Source of the DNA: an uncultured Candidatus Saccharibacteria bacterium
GTDB taxonomy: Bacteria > Patescibacteriota > Minisyncoccia > Phycocordibacterales > SBAW01
Reading direction: 5' to 3'
DNA length: 64,000 nt
NCBI GenBank assembly: GCA_964615415.1
Contig: CAZTNI010000001.1
Coordinates: 25,290 to 89,289 of the forward strand
The translations under genes and the position numbers were made by a program. Shown here piece by piece: positions 38,160-46,547 of this stretch; the stretch's first letter is position 1; each line of letters opens with the position of its first letter. The notes beneath the pieces are model-generated. The model saw only the letters and a list, made by a program, of their open reading frames with translations. It did not search any database and had not been told where the DNA came from.

Positions 38160-38170
38160 GCGAAAAATAG

Positions 38171-38497
38171 TTAGCGAACCGTAGAGCCTGGCGTTGCAGT
38201 CGTTTCAAATAGGGACAGCGGTTCTTCCCCGCCCCCAGTTGCAAGGATCATTGCCTGACTCTCCATACCCATCATCATGCGTGGCGCAAGATTTGTTACA
38301 AACGGACAACGCTTTCCTACCAACACTGTAGGGTCTGGAAAATATGCCGCAATGCCTGAGAGCACTTGGCGATCCTCGTTACCAAAATTAACCTGCAATT
38401 TAAGCAGCTTGTCGCTCCCTTCAATCTTTTCCGCAGACTTAATTTCTCCGATGCGGATCTCTACCTTCTTAAAATCATCAATTGAAATTTGTTCCAT
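38171..38497 (-). CDS. Stand-alone tRNA-binding domain (MetRS C-terminal/Trbp111/CsaA-like)
   Basis: ISIDDFKKVEIRIG, GSDKLLKL, RQVLSGI, NLAPRMMMGMESQAMIL. Confidence 0.9.
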   Translation of the reverse strand: MEQISIDDFKKVEIRIGEIKSAEKIEGSDKLLKLQVNFGNEDRQVLSGIAAYFPDPTVLVGKRCPFVTNLAPRMMMGMESQAMILATGGGEEPLSLFETTATPGSTVR

Positions 38498-38525
38498 ATA
38501 TTCTTCAGTAAAACGTTCTTTGATC

Positions 38526-38942
38526 TTACTCCTTATTGCGATTACGGTCGAGATAACTCTGGAGTATGACTGCCGCCGCAGCTGCGTCTAACTTATCTTG
38601 CGAGGGATTTTGCTTACGAGACCCATCTGGCGCATATTGCCTAGCTGCGGCTGCGCTCGACATAAACTCAGCTTCATACACCACTTCTTTTCCGGTTAGT
38701 TCATGAAGATCTTTCTTAAATTGCTCAATATCTTCCATGACCAAGTTCGGCTCGTTCTGAAAATTGCGCGACTCGCCAAGGATAATTTTTTCCGCACCAC
38801 TTTTTTGCACCTCTTCAGCAACGTTCGCCAAAGCCTCCTTCCCTGCCTCAACTACAGCAAGCGGAAATGCGAGACTGCCTGTGTCGTCGGACACTGCAAG
38901 TCCGATACGCTTCGTCCCATAATCAATGCCTATGTACTTCAT
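38526..38942 (-). CDS. ruvX: Pre-16S rRNA nuclease YqgF/RuvX
   Basis: MKYIGIDYGTKRIGLAVSD, EFMSS, DAAAAAVILQSYLD; start at ATG 38942. Confidence 0.93.
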   Translation of the reverse strand: MKYIGIDYGTKRIGLAVSDDTGSLAFPLAVVEAGKEALANVAEEVQKSGAEKIILGESRNFQNEPNLVMEDIEQFKKDLHELTGKEVVYEAEFMSSAAAARQYAPDGSRKQNPSQDKLDAAAAAVILQSYLDRNRNKE

Positions 38943-38947
38943 CTGTG

Positions 38948-39032
38948 CGGAGGGGGTGAGATTCGAACTCACGGTACCTTGCGGTACTCCTGTTTTCAAG
39001 ACAGGTGCGATAGACCACTCTGCCACCCCTCC
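38948..39032 (-). tRNA. tRNA-Ser(UGA)
   Basis: GGAGGGG acceptor, CCTGT-CTTGAAA-ACAGG arm, long variable arm, G73. Confidence 0.96.
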
Positions 39033-39080
39033 AATGCAACACACAATAACCTATAAAAGTCTGGGTGTATACTAGTAGCA

Positions 39081-39554
39081 ATGAACCCTGGAGAAGACAA
39101 GGAGTTTTCTTGGAGTACACAAACGCATGAACACCGAGAGCATAGTACCGACTGGTACTGGACATTTATTGTGGGAGCCTTGGCGCTCGCAGGCTTCGCT
39201 GTCTTTCTTGGAAATATTCTTTTTGCGATTATCGTTGTGATGGGTATTGGATCCATCCTCTTCCTTGCAGCACGCGGCCCTCGCGAGCATGTTATCCGTA
39301 TTGATGAGCGCGGTGTGTCAGTCGACGGAACTCGCTATCCGTTTAACGCAATCCACTCATTTTGGATCGAGCGTGGTGTCGAAACACCTCGTCTATTTAT
39401 AACCATGAACGGAGTCCTTTCTCCCCACCTGTCGATCCCTCTCTCAAACAAAGAAGAGGCTCTTAAAGTACAGCAACTGCTCAGCCGCGTTCTGACAGAA
39501 GAAGAGCAAGGACCTCATTTTGGAGAGAACTTGGCCCGCCTTATCGGGCTCTAG
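39081..39554 (+). CDS. Conserved hypothetical membrane protein (2 TM plus PH-like domain)
   Basis: FSW...HEHREHSTDWYW, two TM helices, GVSVDG..YPF..IHSFWI; TATACT -10 directly upstream. Confidence 0.75.
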   Translation: MNPGEDKEFSWSTQTHEHREHSTDWYWTFIVGALALAGFAVFLGNILFAIIVVMGIGSILFLAARGPREHVIRIDERGVSVDGTRYPFNAIHSFWIERGVETPRLFITMNGVLSPHLSIPLSNKEEALKVQQLLSRVLTEEEQGPHFGENLARLIGL

Positions 39555-39597
39555 AAATTTCCTCTATTTCGTTGTATTCTCAACATTGCTTCCTTAT

Positions 39598-39669
39598 GCC
39601 CTTGTCGTTCAATGGATAGGACGGCAGCTTGCGGAGCTGCTGATGTAGGTTCGATTCCTACCAGGGGCA
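39598..39669 (+). tRNA. tRNA-Arg(GCG)
   Basis: GCCCTTG/CAGGGGC acceptor, GCAGC-TTGCGGA-GCTGC arm, A20-containing D-loop. Confidence 0.93.
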
Positions 39670-39675
39670 CACGAT

Positions 39676-39709
39676 ACAAATAAACCCGGCTTAAGCCGGG
39701 TTTATTTGT
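39676..39709. terminator. Bidirectional terminator
   Basis: Perfect palindrome ACAAATAAACCCGGC-TTAA-GCCGGGTTTATTTGT. Confidence 0.85.
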
Positions 39710-39740
39710 TCGCACGTGATCGCCGGGGGCGAAATCGAAA

Positions 39741-39802
39741 GCCGGAGCGCGACGGCGCGAGGCAGGGTCGTGCGAATTTTCACCAGAAAATTACGCCTGA
39801 CC
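39741..39802 (+). repeat. Structured repeat element (family copy B)
   Basis: GCCGGAGCGCGACGGCGCGAGGCAGGGTCGTGCGAATTTTCACCAGAAAATTACGCCTGACC. Confidence 0.65.
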
Positions 39803-39856
39803 GATTCCTACTTTGAGTTGTGGGCCACACACATGACCACAAGAGTGTCTGTTTAT

Positions 39857-41452
39857 CTATATCTCCTCAAACGTCGGGATAATATTTGCCGTTACCGACT
39901 GAGTCAGTTGCGAGGTCGTGCGACCGCGATCGATCGTACAGGTAAGTGTGTAGACCGTTTCTGCAGTAATAACCTGCGCGATACTTCCCTGCGAACCAGT
40001 GCCAATTTGAGTGCCGTTTGCTTTGACTGTACATGAACGAGCGTTATTAACACTCCACGCAACGGTTACATTGCTTCCGGTGCGCACTGACGTCGCAGGA
40101 TAGTTACCGTTTACGGTGATTGAAGATGAGACCGGGAGGCACTGGTTGCCTACAACCGCGTATCCGGTATTAGCAGAACAGGATCCGTCGGTTTCCTGGT
40201 GACAATTTGCTGGAACTGAAGTCTGTGCACCTGCAAAGTTTGAACAAAGGTCGCTCGGTACACACTGATTTCCTGAAACTGTATAACCCACATTCGCATC
40301 ACAAGTTCCATTTTGATTGCGATGACAATTGTTTGGCACCGTAAGTTGAGTACCGGAGAAGTTTGAACAGAGGTCCTCTGTTGCTGGAACACACGAACTT
40401 CCCTGGAGCACATACCCTGTTGGACATGACGACACACAAACGCCACTACTATTCATCACTTGTCCACCAGGACATGCCGAGACGCACTGCCCGTTTTGAG
40501 ATACGTAGCCAAACGGCACGGTTCCTTGTTGACCGGAGATATTTGGGCACACATCGCTTTGCGTAGCGACACAGCTATTGTTTTGATACATGTATCCTGC
40601 AGGACAGCCACAGGTCTGAGGATTTCCTTTACCGTTACTGGTACAGTCCGGAGCAGGTACACACTGACCACCCTGCATTACTTGACCATTCGGACATTCT
40701 TGAATCTCTTGGCATTGTGAAGATGCTGACTGTACCCCAGGAACATTCGGACAGTGGTCGGTTGGTCCCGTATTGTTGTCATTTCCTCCCTCTCCACCGC
40801 TGCATTCATTTTCAGGAATAGTCGTATGCACTTCGAGCTGGCTGCTTTCGTAATACTCTACGTAGTAGCCGCAAGGCTCCCCGTCGCCATAGGTCAACAC
40901 GTTCCATTCACGATGACACCCGCTGCTATCACATTGCACTCCTCCTACATATGAATCCCCTAGTCTTTCACACTCCAAACCTCCACTCGTATTGCAGTCT
41001 CCTTGGTTTGCAATCCTATCTGCGTCTCTCCATGCCGCTGCTTCAGCGCTAGACAAACAGCGTCCATCGAGAACCATTGTTGAGCACGTGTCGCCGCTTC
41101 CTCCTCCGCCCCCGGAAGAACTGCAATATTCTGTATACCCATGTGAACACCAATATTCCGCAGAGTAGCAGTTACCATCAGAGCCTAGTGTTTCTCCTCC
41201 GCTACATGCCTGAGACCCGCCACCTGAACCACTGCAGTAACTTGAGTATCCTTGACTGCACCAATAGTCAGCATCGCTGTTCGCACTACTTCCCTCGTAG
41301 TAGTTACCATCCGGTCCTTGGTAACAAGTTACTGTTGCTCCTGAACTTGTTTGGCAAGTAGCCGCATTTGCAGGTGTAGGAACAAAAAATGACAGAGCTG
41401 CAAGGAAGAAAAATCCAAGAATGAGTGCACCGCGTTTTATAGATAGAGTCAT
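39857..41452 (-). CDS. Secreted cysteine-rich repeat surface protein
   Basis: Signal peptide ending PANA; repeats D-x-C-x-N-x-x-G-x-Q-x-x-V-P and CPxGYxxQxxxCV; C-terminal Ig-like domain ending PTFEEI. Confidence 0.85.
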   Translation of the reverse strand: MTLSIKRGALILGFFFLAALSFFVPTPANAATCQTSSGATVTCYQGPDGNYYEGSSANSDADYWCSQGYSSYCSGSGGGSQACSGGETLGSDGNCYSAEYWCSHGYTEYCSSSGGGGGSGDTCSTMVLDGRCLSSAEAAAWRDADRIANQGDCNTSGGLECERLGDSYVGGVQCDSSGCHREWNVLTYGDGEPCGYYVEYYESSQLEVHTTIPENECSGGEGGNDNNTGPTDHCPNVPGVQSASSQCQEIQECPNGQVMQGGQCVPAPDCTSNGKGNPQTCGCPAGYMYQNNSCVATQSDVCPNISGQQGTVPFGYVSQNGQCVSACPGGQVMNSSGVCVSSCPTGYVLQGSSCVPATEDLCSNFSGTQLTVPNNCHRNQNGTCDANVGYTVSGNQCVPSDLCSNFAGAQTSVPANCHQETDGSCSANTGYAVVGNQCLPVSSSITVNGNYPATSVRTGSNVTVAWSVNNARSCTVKANGTQIGTGSQGSIAQVITAETVYTLTCTIDRGRTTSQLTQSVTANIIPTFEEI

Positions 41453-41456
41453 AAAA

Positions 41457-41729
41457 TTACTGGTTAGCTGCGGGAGGAAGCACTTGTGTTGGAGGTGTAT
41501 TGTCTGAAGGTATTGGCATCGGTATTACCGGAAACACTGGTGTTTCTGTTTGAGGTTCAACTTCTGATATTTCATAGAGCACGTACCATGCGGCACCTGC
41601 CCCTCCACACAAAAGAGCGACAATAAATACCCCGAGCAATATCCACAAGGTTTTTTTATGACCTAACTCAGGTGGAAGAGTAGAAACAGGAGCAGACACA
41701 GGAGACGTTTTCATATTTTCTGAAGCCAT
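41457..41729 (-). CDS. Small single-TM, Pro-rich hypothetical protein
   Basis: KKTLWILLGVFIVALLCGGAGAAWYVLY TM followed by a Pro-rich tail; ends 4 nt before the Cys-rich gene start. Confidence 0.6.
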   Translation of the reverse strand: MASENMKTSPVSAPVSTLPPELGHKKTLWILLGVFIVALLCGGAGAAWYVLYEISEVEPQTETPVFPVIPMPIPSDNTPPTQVLPPAANQ

Positions 41730-41758
41730 ACTTCTTTTAGTATAGCTCCCCTCTGTAG

Positions 41759-41791
41759 CTATCCACATAAAACACTGTCGTGTGTGGATAA
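41759..41791. promoter_or_regulatory. Inverted pair of DnaA boxes
   Basis: CTATCCACA (1 mismatch, 41759-41767) and TGTGGATAA (perfect, 41783-41791). Confidence 0.55.
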
Positions 41792-41825
41792 AAGAAAAAG
41801 GGCCACGCATGTGATTGCGTGACCC
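41791..41825 (-). terminator. Intrinsic terminator
   Basis: GGGCCACGCA/TGCGTGACCC stem with T-tract on the minus strand. Confidence 0.65.
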
Positions 41826-41859
41826 TATAAGTCGTTCACCCCCATGAGACCTCGCGATC

Positions 41860-42225
41860 TCAGTTGGTGAAATAGACGTGGATGAGCCCCTGCTCTCCGT
41901 CCTGGATCGTGCCGCCGAAGCGGTACGGACCCGGGCCGTAGAAGAGATTCACTTCCGAATACCGGATAGCGAAGCGAGGTCCGGCGTCGTGAGCTCCCAG
42001 CATGACATGCTGGATACAAGGCGCCAGAAGCTGAGCATTGAGCACCTGCACTTGGACCCCCTCGAAAGAGTAGGTCTGGGTGTCGCAGTTGTAGCTGTCA
42101 GCTCCAACCGTGGTGACTCGACCCAGGGTCTCGATGACCTGAGAGTTAGTCAGGTCAGCCGCCGCCACCGAAGTGGCGAACAGCGCAGCGGCCAGCGAGG
42201 CTGCCGCCAGAATCTTCCGTCTCAT
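41860..42225 (-). CDS. Small secreted hypothetical protein (GC-rich cassette)
   Basis: GGAGG SD; signal peptide MRRKILAAASLAAALFATSVAA. Confidence 0.75.
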   Translation of the reverse strand: MRRKILAAASLAAALFATSVAAADLTNSQVIETLGRVTTVGADSYNCDTQTYSFEGVQVQVLNAQLLAPCIQHVMLGAHDAGPRFAIRYSEVNLFYGPGPYRFGGTIQDGEQGLIHVYFTN

Positions 42226-42240
42226 CGGGATGACCCTCCG

Positions 42241-42582
42241 TTACGTCGTCGCCGGGCAAGCCGGGCTGATGAACTCGACCCATTCGGTGGGGCGAGCCGT
42301 CACAACGCCATCACCGCAACGAAGCCAGGCTTCGTAGTTGGTGTAGACCTTGATGACAGTGCTCCCGACGATCGGAACGAGAATTCCGATCTGCCCAGCG
42401 AGCAGCAGATTGTACTGCTCGTTGTAGGGCTGATAGGTCGAGCCCGGCGCGTTGAAGAAGTCGATCCAACCACCGGCGTAAAACGCCTCGGTCAGACGGA
42501 CTTCCTGTTCCTGCGCCGACGCCACCGAAGTGGCACCGAAAGCAAGCAGCGCGGCAGTAGCCGCGATGACGATTTTCTTCAT
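42241..42582 (-). CDS. Small secreted hypothetical protein (GC-rich cassette)
   Basis: AAAGGAGG SD; signal peptide MKKIVIAATAALLAFGATSVASA. Confidence 0.75.
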   Translation of the reverse strand: MKKIVIAATAALLAFGATSVASAQEQEVRLTEAFYAGGWIDFFNAPGSTYQPYNEQYNLLLAGQIGILVPIVGSTVIKVYTNYEAWLRCGDGVVTARPTEWVEFISPACPATT

Positions 42583-42654
42583 ATGAATGGCCCTCCTTTC
42601 GCGGCCATTTTCGCGAGAGCGCACCGTTGCGCTCTCAGGTTGACACCTGGCCAG

Positions 42655-42683
42655 ATCCTATCACAGGACCGACCTTTTGTCAA
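42655..42683 (-). promoter_or_regulatory. Sigma-70 promoter TTGACA-N17-TAGGAT
   Basis: Upstream of the two secreted-protein genes; overlaps the 3' end of the lnt-like ORF. Confidence 0.65.
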
Positions 42684-44211
42684 GCCTCCCTACTCTCTGG
42701 CCAAAAAAGCCTGAAAAGACAACCAAAAGTGCACCTATGGGAAAGAACGTACCGAACACCTGGTAAGGAGTGGAGTCGGTACGCAGAGGTACGTCTTCCT
42801 CCACTACACTAGAGAGATCCCATGAAGTCTCTGTGACAACCATACCACGATTGTCGAGCATGTACGCTGGGGACATGTTGCCGGATTGCACGTACCACCT
42901 CCCCTCCTCCACTGCGCGCACTTTCGCTATCGATTGCATCTGTGCAAAAACGGTACGCGACCCATGGAACCAGCTGTAGGAGGAAACATTTGCGAGTACT
43001 GACGCTCCCTTTTCTACATCACGAGCATATAAGTACGGACTCATAACTTCGTCACAAAAACGTACTGCCATATTCCCACTCCCCACCTGTGCAAGTTTTG
43101 TGTGTGTCCCACTTACGTACGAACGTGTATTTCGCACTTGTTCTTGAAACGCCTTATTCCCTACCAACGCGAGCACTCCGTGCGATATATACGGCACGTA
43201 CTCACCAAGTGGAAGGATAAATTGTTTGTCACTCGTTTCAATACGACCATCGCGATACACAAAGATACTTCGCGCGTGCGTGTTGCCGTCATTGCTTCTC
43301 ACACTTTCTGCATCTATGAATAGCGGAACTTGCGGCACCATGTTCGCATCGCGCGCATACCGTGCAAATGCCGCACTCTCTGGAAGTAGCAGTGCTTCCG
43401 CAGTTACATGTGGCGCAACAAGTGTTGCAAGTGTATCTATACGAGTTTCCGCTTCGCCCGGAAGGAAGTGAAGTTGTGGCGGGAAGTACGTACTTACTGC
43501 AGCGACGCGAATAGTTTCTTCACTCGTCGTAATATTTCCAAACAACGACCACGCTCCATACCCGCTCACACAGCACACAACGACAATACTTACGCCGACA
43601 TAGATGTTGCGCTCGATGTTCTTCGTTGTAATGACTCTATATATAAGAACATTCACGAGTATCACTGTTGCGCTCAACAGGTATACACCGCCAACGGACG
43701 CAAGTTGCAACAACAACGCATTATTCGCGAGCACGTATCCCAAGTGACCTAAGGTAAAGTGCGCACCCAGGAGCGATCCGTTTCCTGCAAACACAAATGC
43801 AAAGACGTGCGCATGCAACCATTCCCCCACTACCCATGCAGACGGAATGCATACAAGCACGGTGTATCGATACGAAAGAAAATACTGCAGCACCACTGCA
43901 AACACCGCTGTTCCAAGCGAGAGTACGCAGACTGAAAAAATCCAGTGTGTGCCGACTGCAAGTATTTGGAGTAGTGGGTGTTCAATCCCAAACCAATCTA
44001 TCGGCAGTGTGTGCCAAAAAATTGCCCACAATGCTAACCCATACAAAGGGAGTCCGAGTAAAAAACCTCTGAACGCTTGAGTGGAAAGACCGACTGGTCG
44101 TTTTGTCGTTATAAAAAGAAATGGCAAAAACCCTACCAGTGCAAGTGGCCACAGGGCAGGGACAACAAATCCCACACCAAGAAAAATGCCGGAAACGAAA
44201 GATGCTATCAA
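42661..44211 (-). CDS. lnt: Apolipoprotein N-acyltransferase (Lnt)-family membrane nitrilase
   Basis: N-terminal TMs; AWVVGEW; QLASVGGVYLLS; triad-like motifs LLPE, DKQFILPLGEYVP, RFCDE; SWF; RAVEEGR; TTG start abuts the upstream stop. Confidence 0.88.
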   Translation of the reverse strand: MIASFVSGIFLGVGFVVPALWPLALVGFLPFLFITTKRPVGLSTQAFRGFLLGLPLYGLALWAIFWHTLPIDWFGIEHPLLQILAVGTHWIFSVCVLSLGTAVFAVVLQYFLSYRYTVLVCIPSAWVVGEWLHAHVFAFVFAGNGSLLGAHFTLGHLGYVLANNALLLQLASVGGVYLLSATVILVNVLIYRVITTKNIERNIYVGVSIVVVCCVSGYGAWSLFGNITTSEETIRVAAVSTYFPPQLHFLPGEAETRIDTLATLVAPHVTAEALLLPESAAFARYARDANMVPQVPLFIDAESVRSNDGNTHARSIFVYRDGRIETSDKQFILPLGEYVPYISHGVLALVGNKAFQEQVRNTRSYVSGTHTKLAQVGSGNMAVRFCDEVMSPYLYARDVEKGASVLANVSSYSWFHGSRTVFAQMQSIAKVRAVEEGRWYVQSGNMSPAYMLDNRGMVVTETSWDLSSVVEEDVPLRTDSTPYQVFGTFFPIGALLVVFSGFFGQRVGRLDKRSVL

Positions 44212-46545
44212 TTAGATTTCCTGAAACGCTGGCAACAGCGTAATCGTTGCGGTCGCACTTACACTTGTCTCACCATTGCTACAGGTAAGCGTATAGCGTT
44301 TTGTCTGTGTAATAGCAGTTGTTGAAACAGTACCCGTGGTGCTGGTAACGCTGTATGTACCAGTGTCATCTGTCGGGTCTGGAGAGATAGTGCAGGTAAG
44401 ACCTGTGATTGAACTGAGTGTCCAGCGGAGTGTCGAGGCTACGCCACGGCGAACTTTGTCGCCATAGAACGAGGAAATACTTGGCAAGTTAGCAACACAC
44501 TGTGTACCACTCCAGCTAAATCCTGATGGAATACAGCTGCCAGTAGGACCTGGGTTTGGCGCACTGCAGCCCGTTGGAACAGACGCCTGTCCGCCAATGA
44601 TGTCGGTACAAATATCGAGTGAACATTGGCTCCCCGTCCAGTAGTATCCTGACGGAATACATACACCTGATGGGCTTGGAGTTGGACCGGCGCAGCCCGT
44701 TGGAAGTGATGATTGCGAACCACCAACATCCGTACACACATCCGCTGGTCCAACGGTTACGGTAACCGTGTCTACCGCACTACTCCCTCCTGCTCCTGTG
44801 CACGTCAATGTATACGTGTACGTGCCGAGTGTAGAAAATGGGCCAACAGTGCGCTCTACGCCACTCGTACCCGTCGTAGATCCAGTCCACGGCGCAGCAG
44901 CATCTTTAGTGAGGGTGCAGTCGCTCGAGTTAGTAGACGACCAACTAAACGGAAGAGACGAACCTTGTGTTGTCGACACTGTGTCATCCGCTTCATTATT
45001 TCCAAGCAAGTCTGCAGTAGTGGCTGGGTTTACAGTTAGCGTTGTAGAACACGTGCCGCTGCCACCTGGTCCGGTTACGGTGCCGGTGTACGTAGTTGTC
45101 GTACTTGGCCCAACTGAAGTAGAACCTGCGCCCGGAGGAGTAGACACAGTCCCAACACTGGTTATTGAAAATGAGGTTGCCGCTGTTGAAGACCAGGTGA
45201 GCGTAGACGAACCACCACTATTTATAGTGCTTGGGCTAAGACTCAAGGTACACGTTGGTGTTGTAGCAGCAGTCCACGTAACGCGAACTTCTCCAAGACC
45301 ACCATAACTACCATCAACTTCTCTGTTCGGACCTCCGGTGCCTGTACTACCGCGTGCACCTACAGTAACTGCAATTGATGAGTCTTGGGTTAGTTCTCCA
45401 AAAGAAAATGTTTTGGTCGCATAGCCACCACCACCGCCTCCACCACCGTCGTTACTTAAACCACGACTGCCTCCACCTCCACCGCCGCCTGGCGACTTTC
45501 CGTAGTTTCCAAAAATAATGCCGGGACCGACAGCGCCGCCGCCATCACCCCCTGGTCCGCCCGCATCACCTCCACTACCACTCCAGTTGCCGGTCGGGTA
45601 TCCAGCATTATTACCGTCCTCTCCGTCTTGACTACCAGAACCTCCTCCCGAAGTCGATCCGCCGTCTCCACCAGGACCATTTCCTCCACAACAATAACTA
45701 GATGCGCGCCCCTTTTCTCCTCCATTAGCAATAACAGGGGTCGGAGAATTAAATTTACTTTGACCGCCGTTGGTTGCGTCGTCTTGCGACCACCATCCTG
45801 CCGAGCCACCACCGCCACCACCTCCCCACACTTCTACCGTCAAAGAGTCATATGCCGGAACAGTGAAAGTACCTGAAGACGTAAAGTGTTGTGTACCGCC
45901 GGTAGCGTCTATCCAGGTAATGCGTACCTCTCCGCGCGCGCCGTCACCTCCATCAGGGCTACCACTTGTAGCACCCGAGCCCCCAGACCCTACTGTTACG
46001 CTTATGTTAGACCCTGCTGTAAGCTCACCGCTTGTGTACGTTCTTGTTGCGTATGCTCCTCCTCCGCCGCCACCATAGTTTTTATAATATCCTGAAAAGT
46101 ATTCTGAATAGGAACTACTGCCTCCTCCCCCAGGAATCATACCGTTTGCCCCGTTGTCAGTGAGTGTATTAGGCGCCCCTTTACCACCGGCAGCCCCTCC
46201 TGCATTACCGCCCGCGCCTCCGCTCGCGCCACTCTGGCCCGCACTACCATTTGCACCTGAAGTTGCCCCAGAGTATGTACCTCCAGAACCTGCAGTACCA
46301 TTGTTATCGCCCCTACTTCCGCCATTCGCTATAAGCGGCGTGGGTGCATTAAATTTACTTTGCCCACCGTTACTACCATCAGCGTTGGAATTAGCGCCTC
46401 CTCCTCCACCGCCCCACACCTCCACTGTTATAGATGTATAGCCCGTAGGTACAGTAAAAGTGCCCGAACTTGTAAATGTTTGAGAGCCTGCAAACACAAG
46501 CTGTGGAAGAAATAAGAGTACACTGGCGAGAAGTAATTTTTTCAT
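44212..46545 (-). CDS. Secreted glycine-rich repeat surface protein with Ig/PKD-like and Cys-rich domains
   Basis: Signal peptide MKKLLLASVLLFLPQLVFA; two FTSSGTFTVP...VEVWGGGGGG Gly-rich domains; D(V/I)CTD..G.Q repeats; ends PAFQEI. Start 46545 or 46551. Confidence 0.88.
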   Translation of the reverse strand: MKKLLLASVLLFLPQLVFAGSQTFTSSGTFTVPTGYTSITVEVWGGGGGGANSNADGSNGGQSKFNAPTPLIANGGSRGDNNGTAGSGGTYSGATSGANGSAGQSGASGGAGGNAGGAAGGKGAPNTLTDNGANGMIPGGGGSSSYSEYFSGYYKNYGGGGGGAYATRTYTSGELTAGSNISVTVGSGGSGATSGSPDGGDGARGEVRITWIDATGGTQHFTSSGTFTVPAYDSLTVEVWGGGGGGGSAGWWSQDDATNGGQSKFNSPTPVIANGGEKGRASSYCCGGNGPGGDGGSTSGGGSGSQDGEDGNNAGYPTGNWSGSGGDAGGPGGDGGGAVGPGIIFGNYGKSPGGGGGGGSRGLSNDGGGGGGGGYATKTFSFGELTQDSSIAVTVGARGSTGTGGPNREVDGSYGGLGEVRVTWTAATTPTCTLSLSPSTINSGGSSTLTWSSTAATSFSITSVGTVSTPPGAGSTSVGPSTTTTYTGTVTGPGGSGTCSTTLTVNPATTADLLGNNEADDTVSTTQGSSLPFSWSSTNSSDCTLTKDAAAPWTGSTTGTSGVERTVGPFSTLGTYTYTLTCTGAGGSSAVDTVTVTVGPADVCTDVGGSQSSLPTGCAGPTPSPSGVCIPSGYYWTGSQCSLDICTDIIGGQASVPTGCSAPNPGPTGSCIPSGFSWSGTQCVANLPSISSFYGDKVRRGVASTLRWTLSSITGLTCTISPDPTDDTGTYSVTSTTGTVSTTAITQTKRYTLTCSNGETSVSATATITLLPAFQEI

Positions 46546-46547
46546 GA

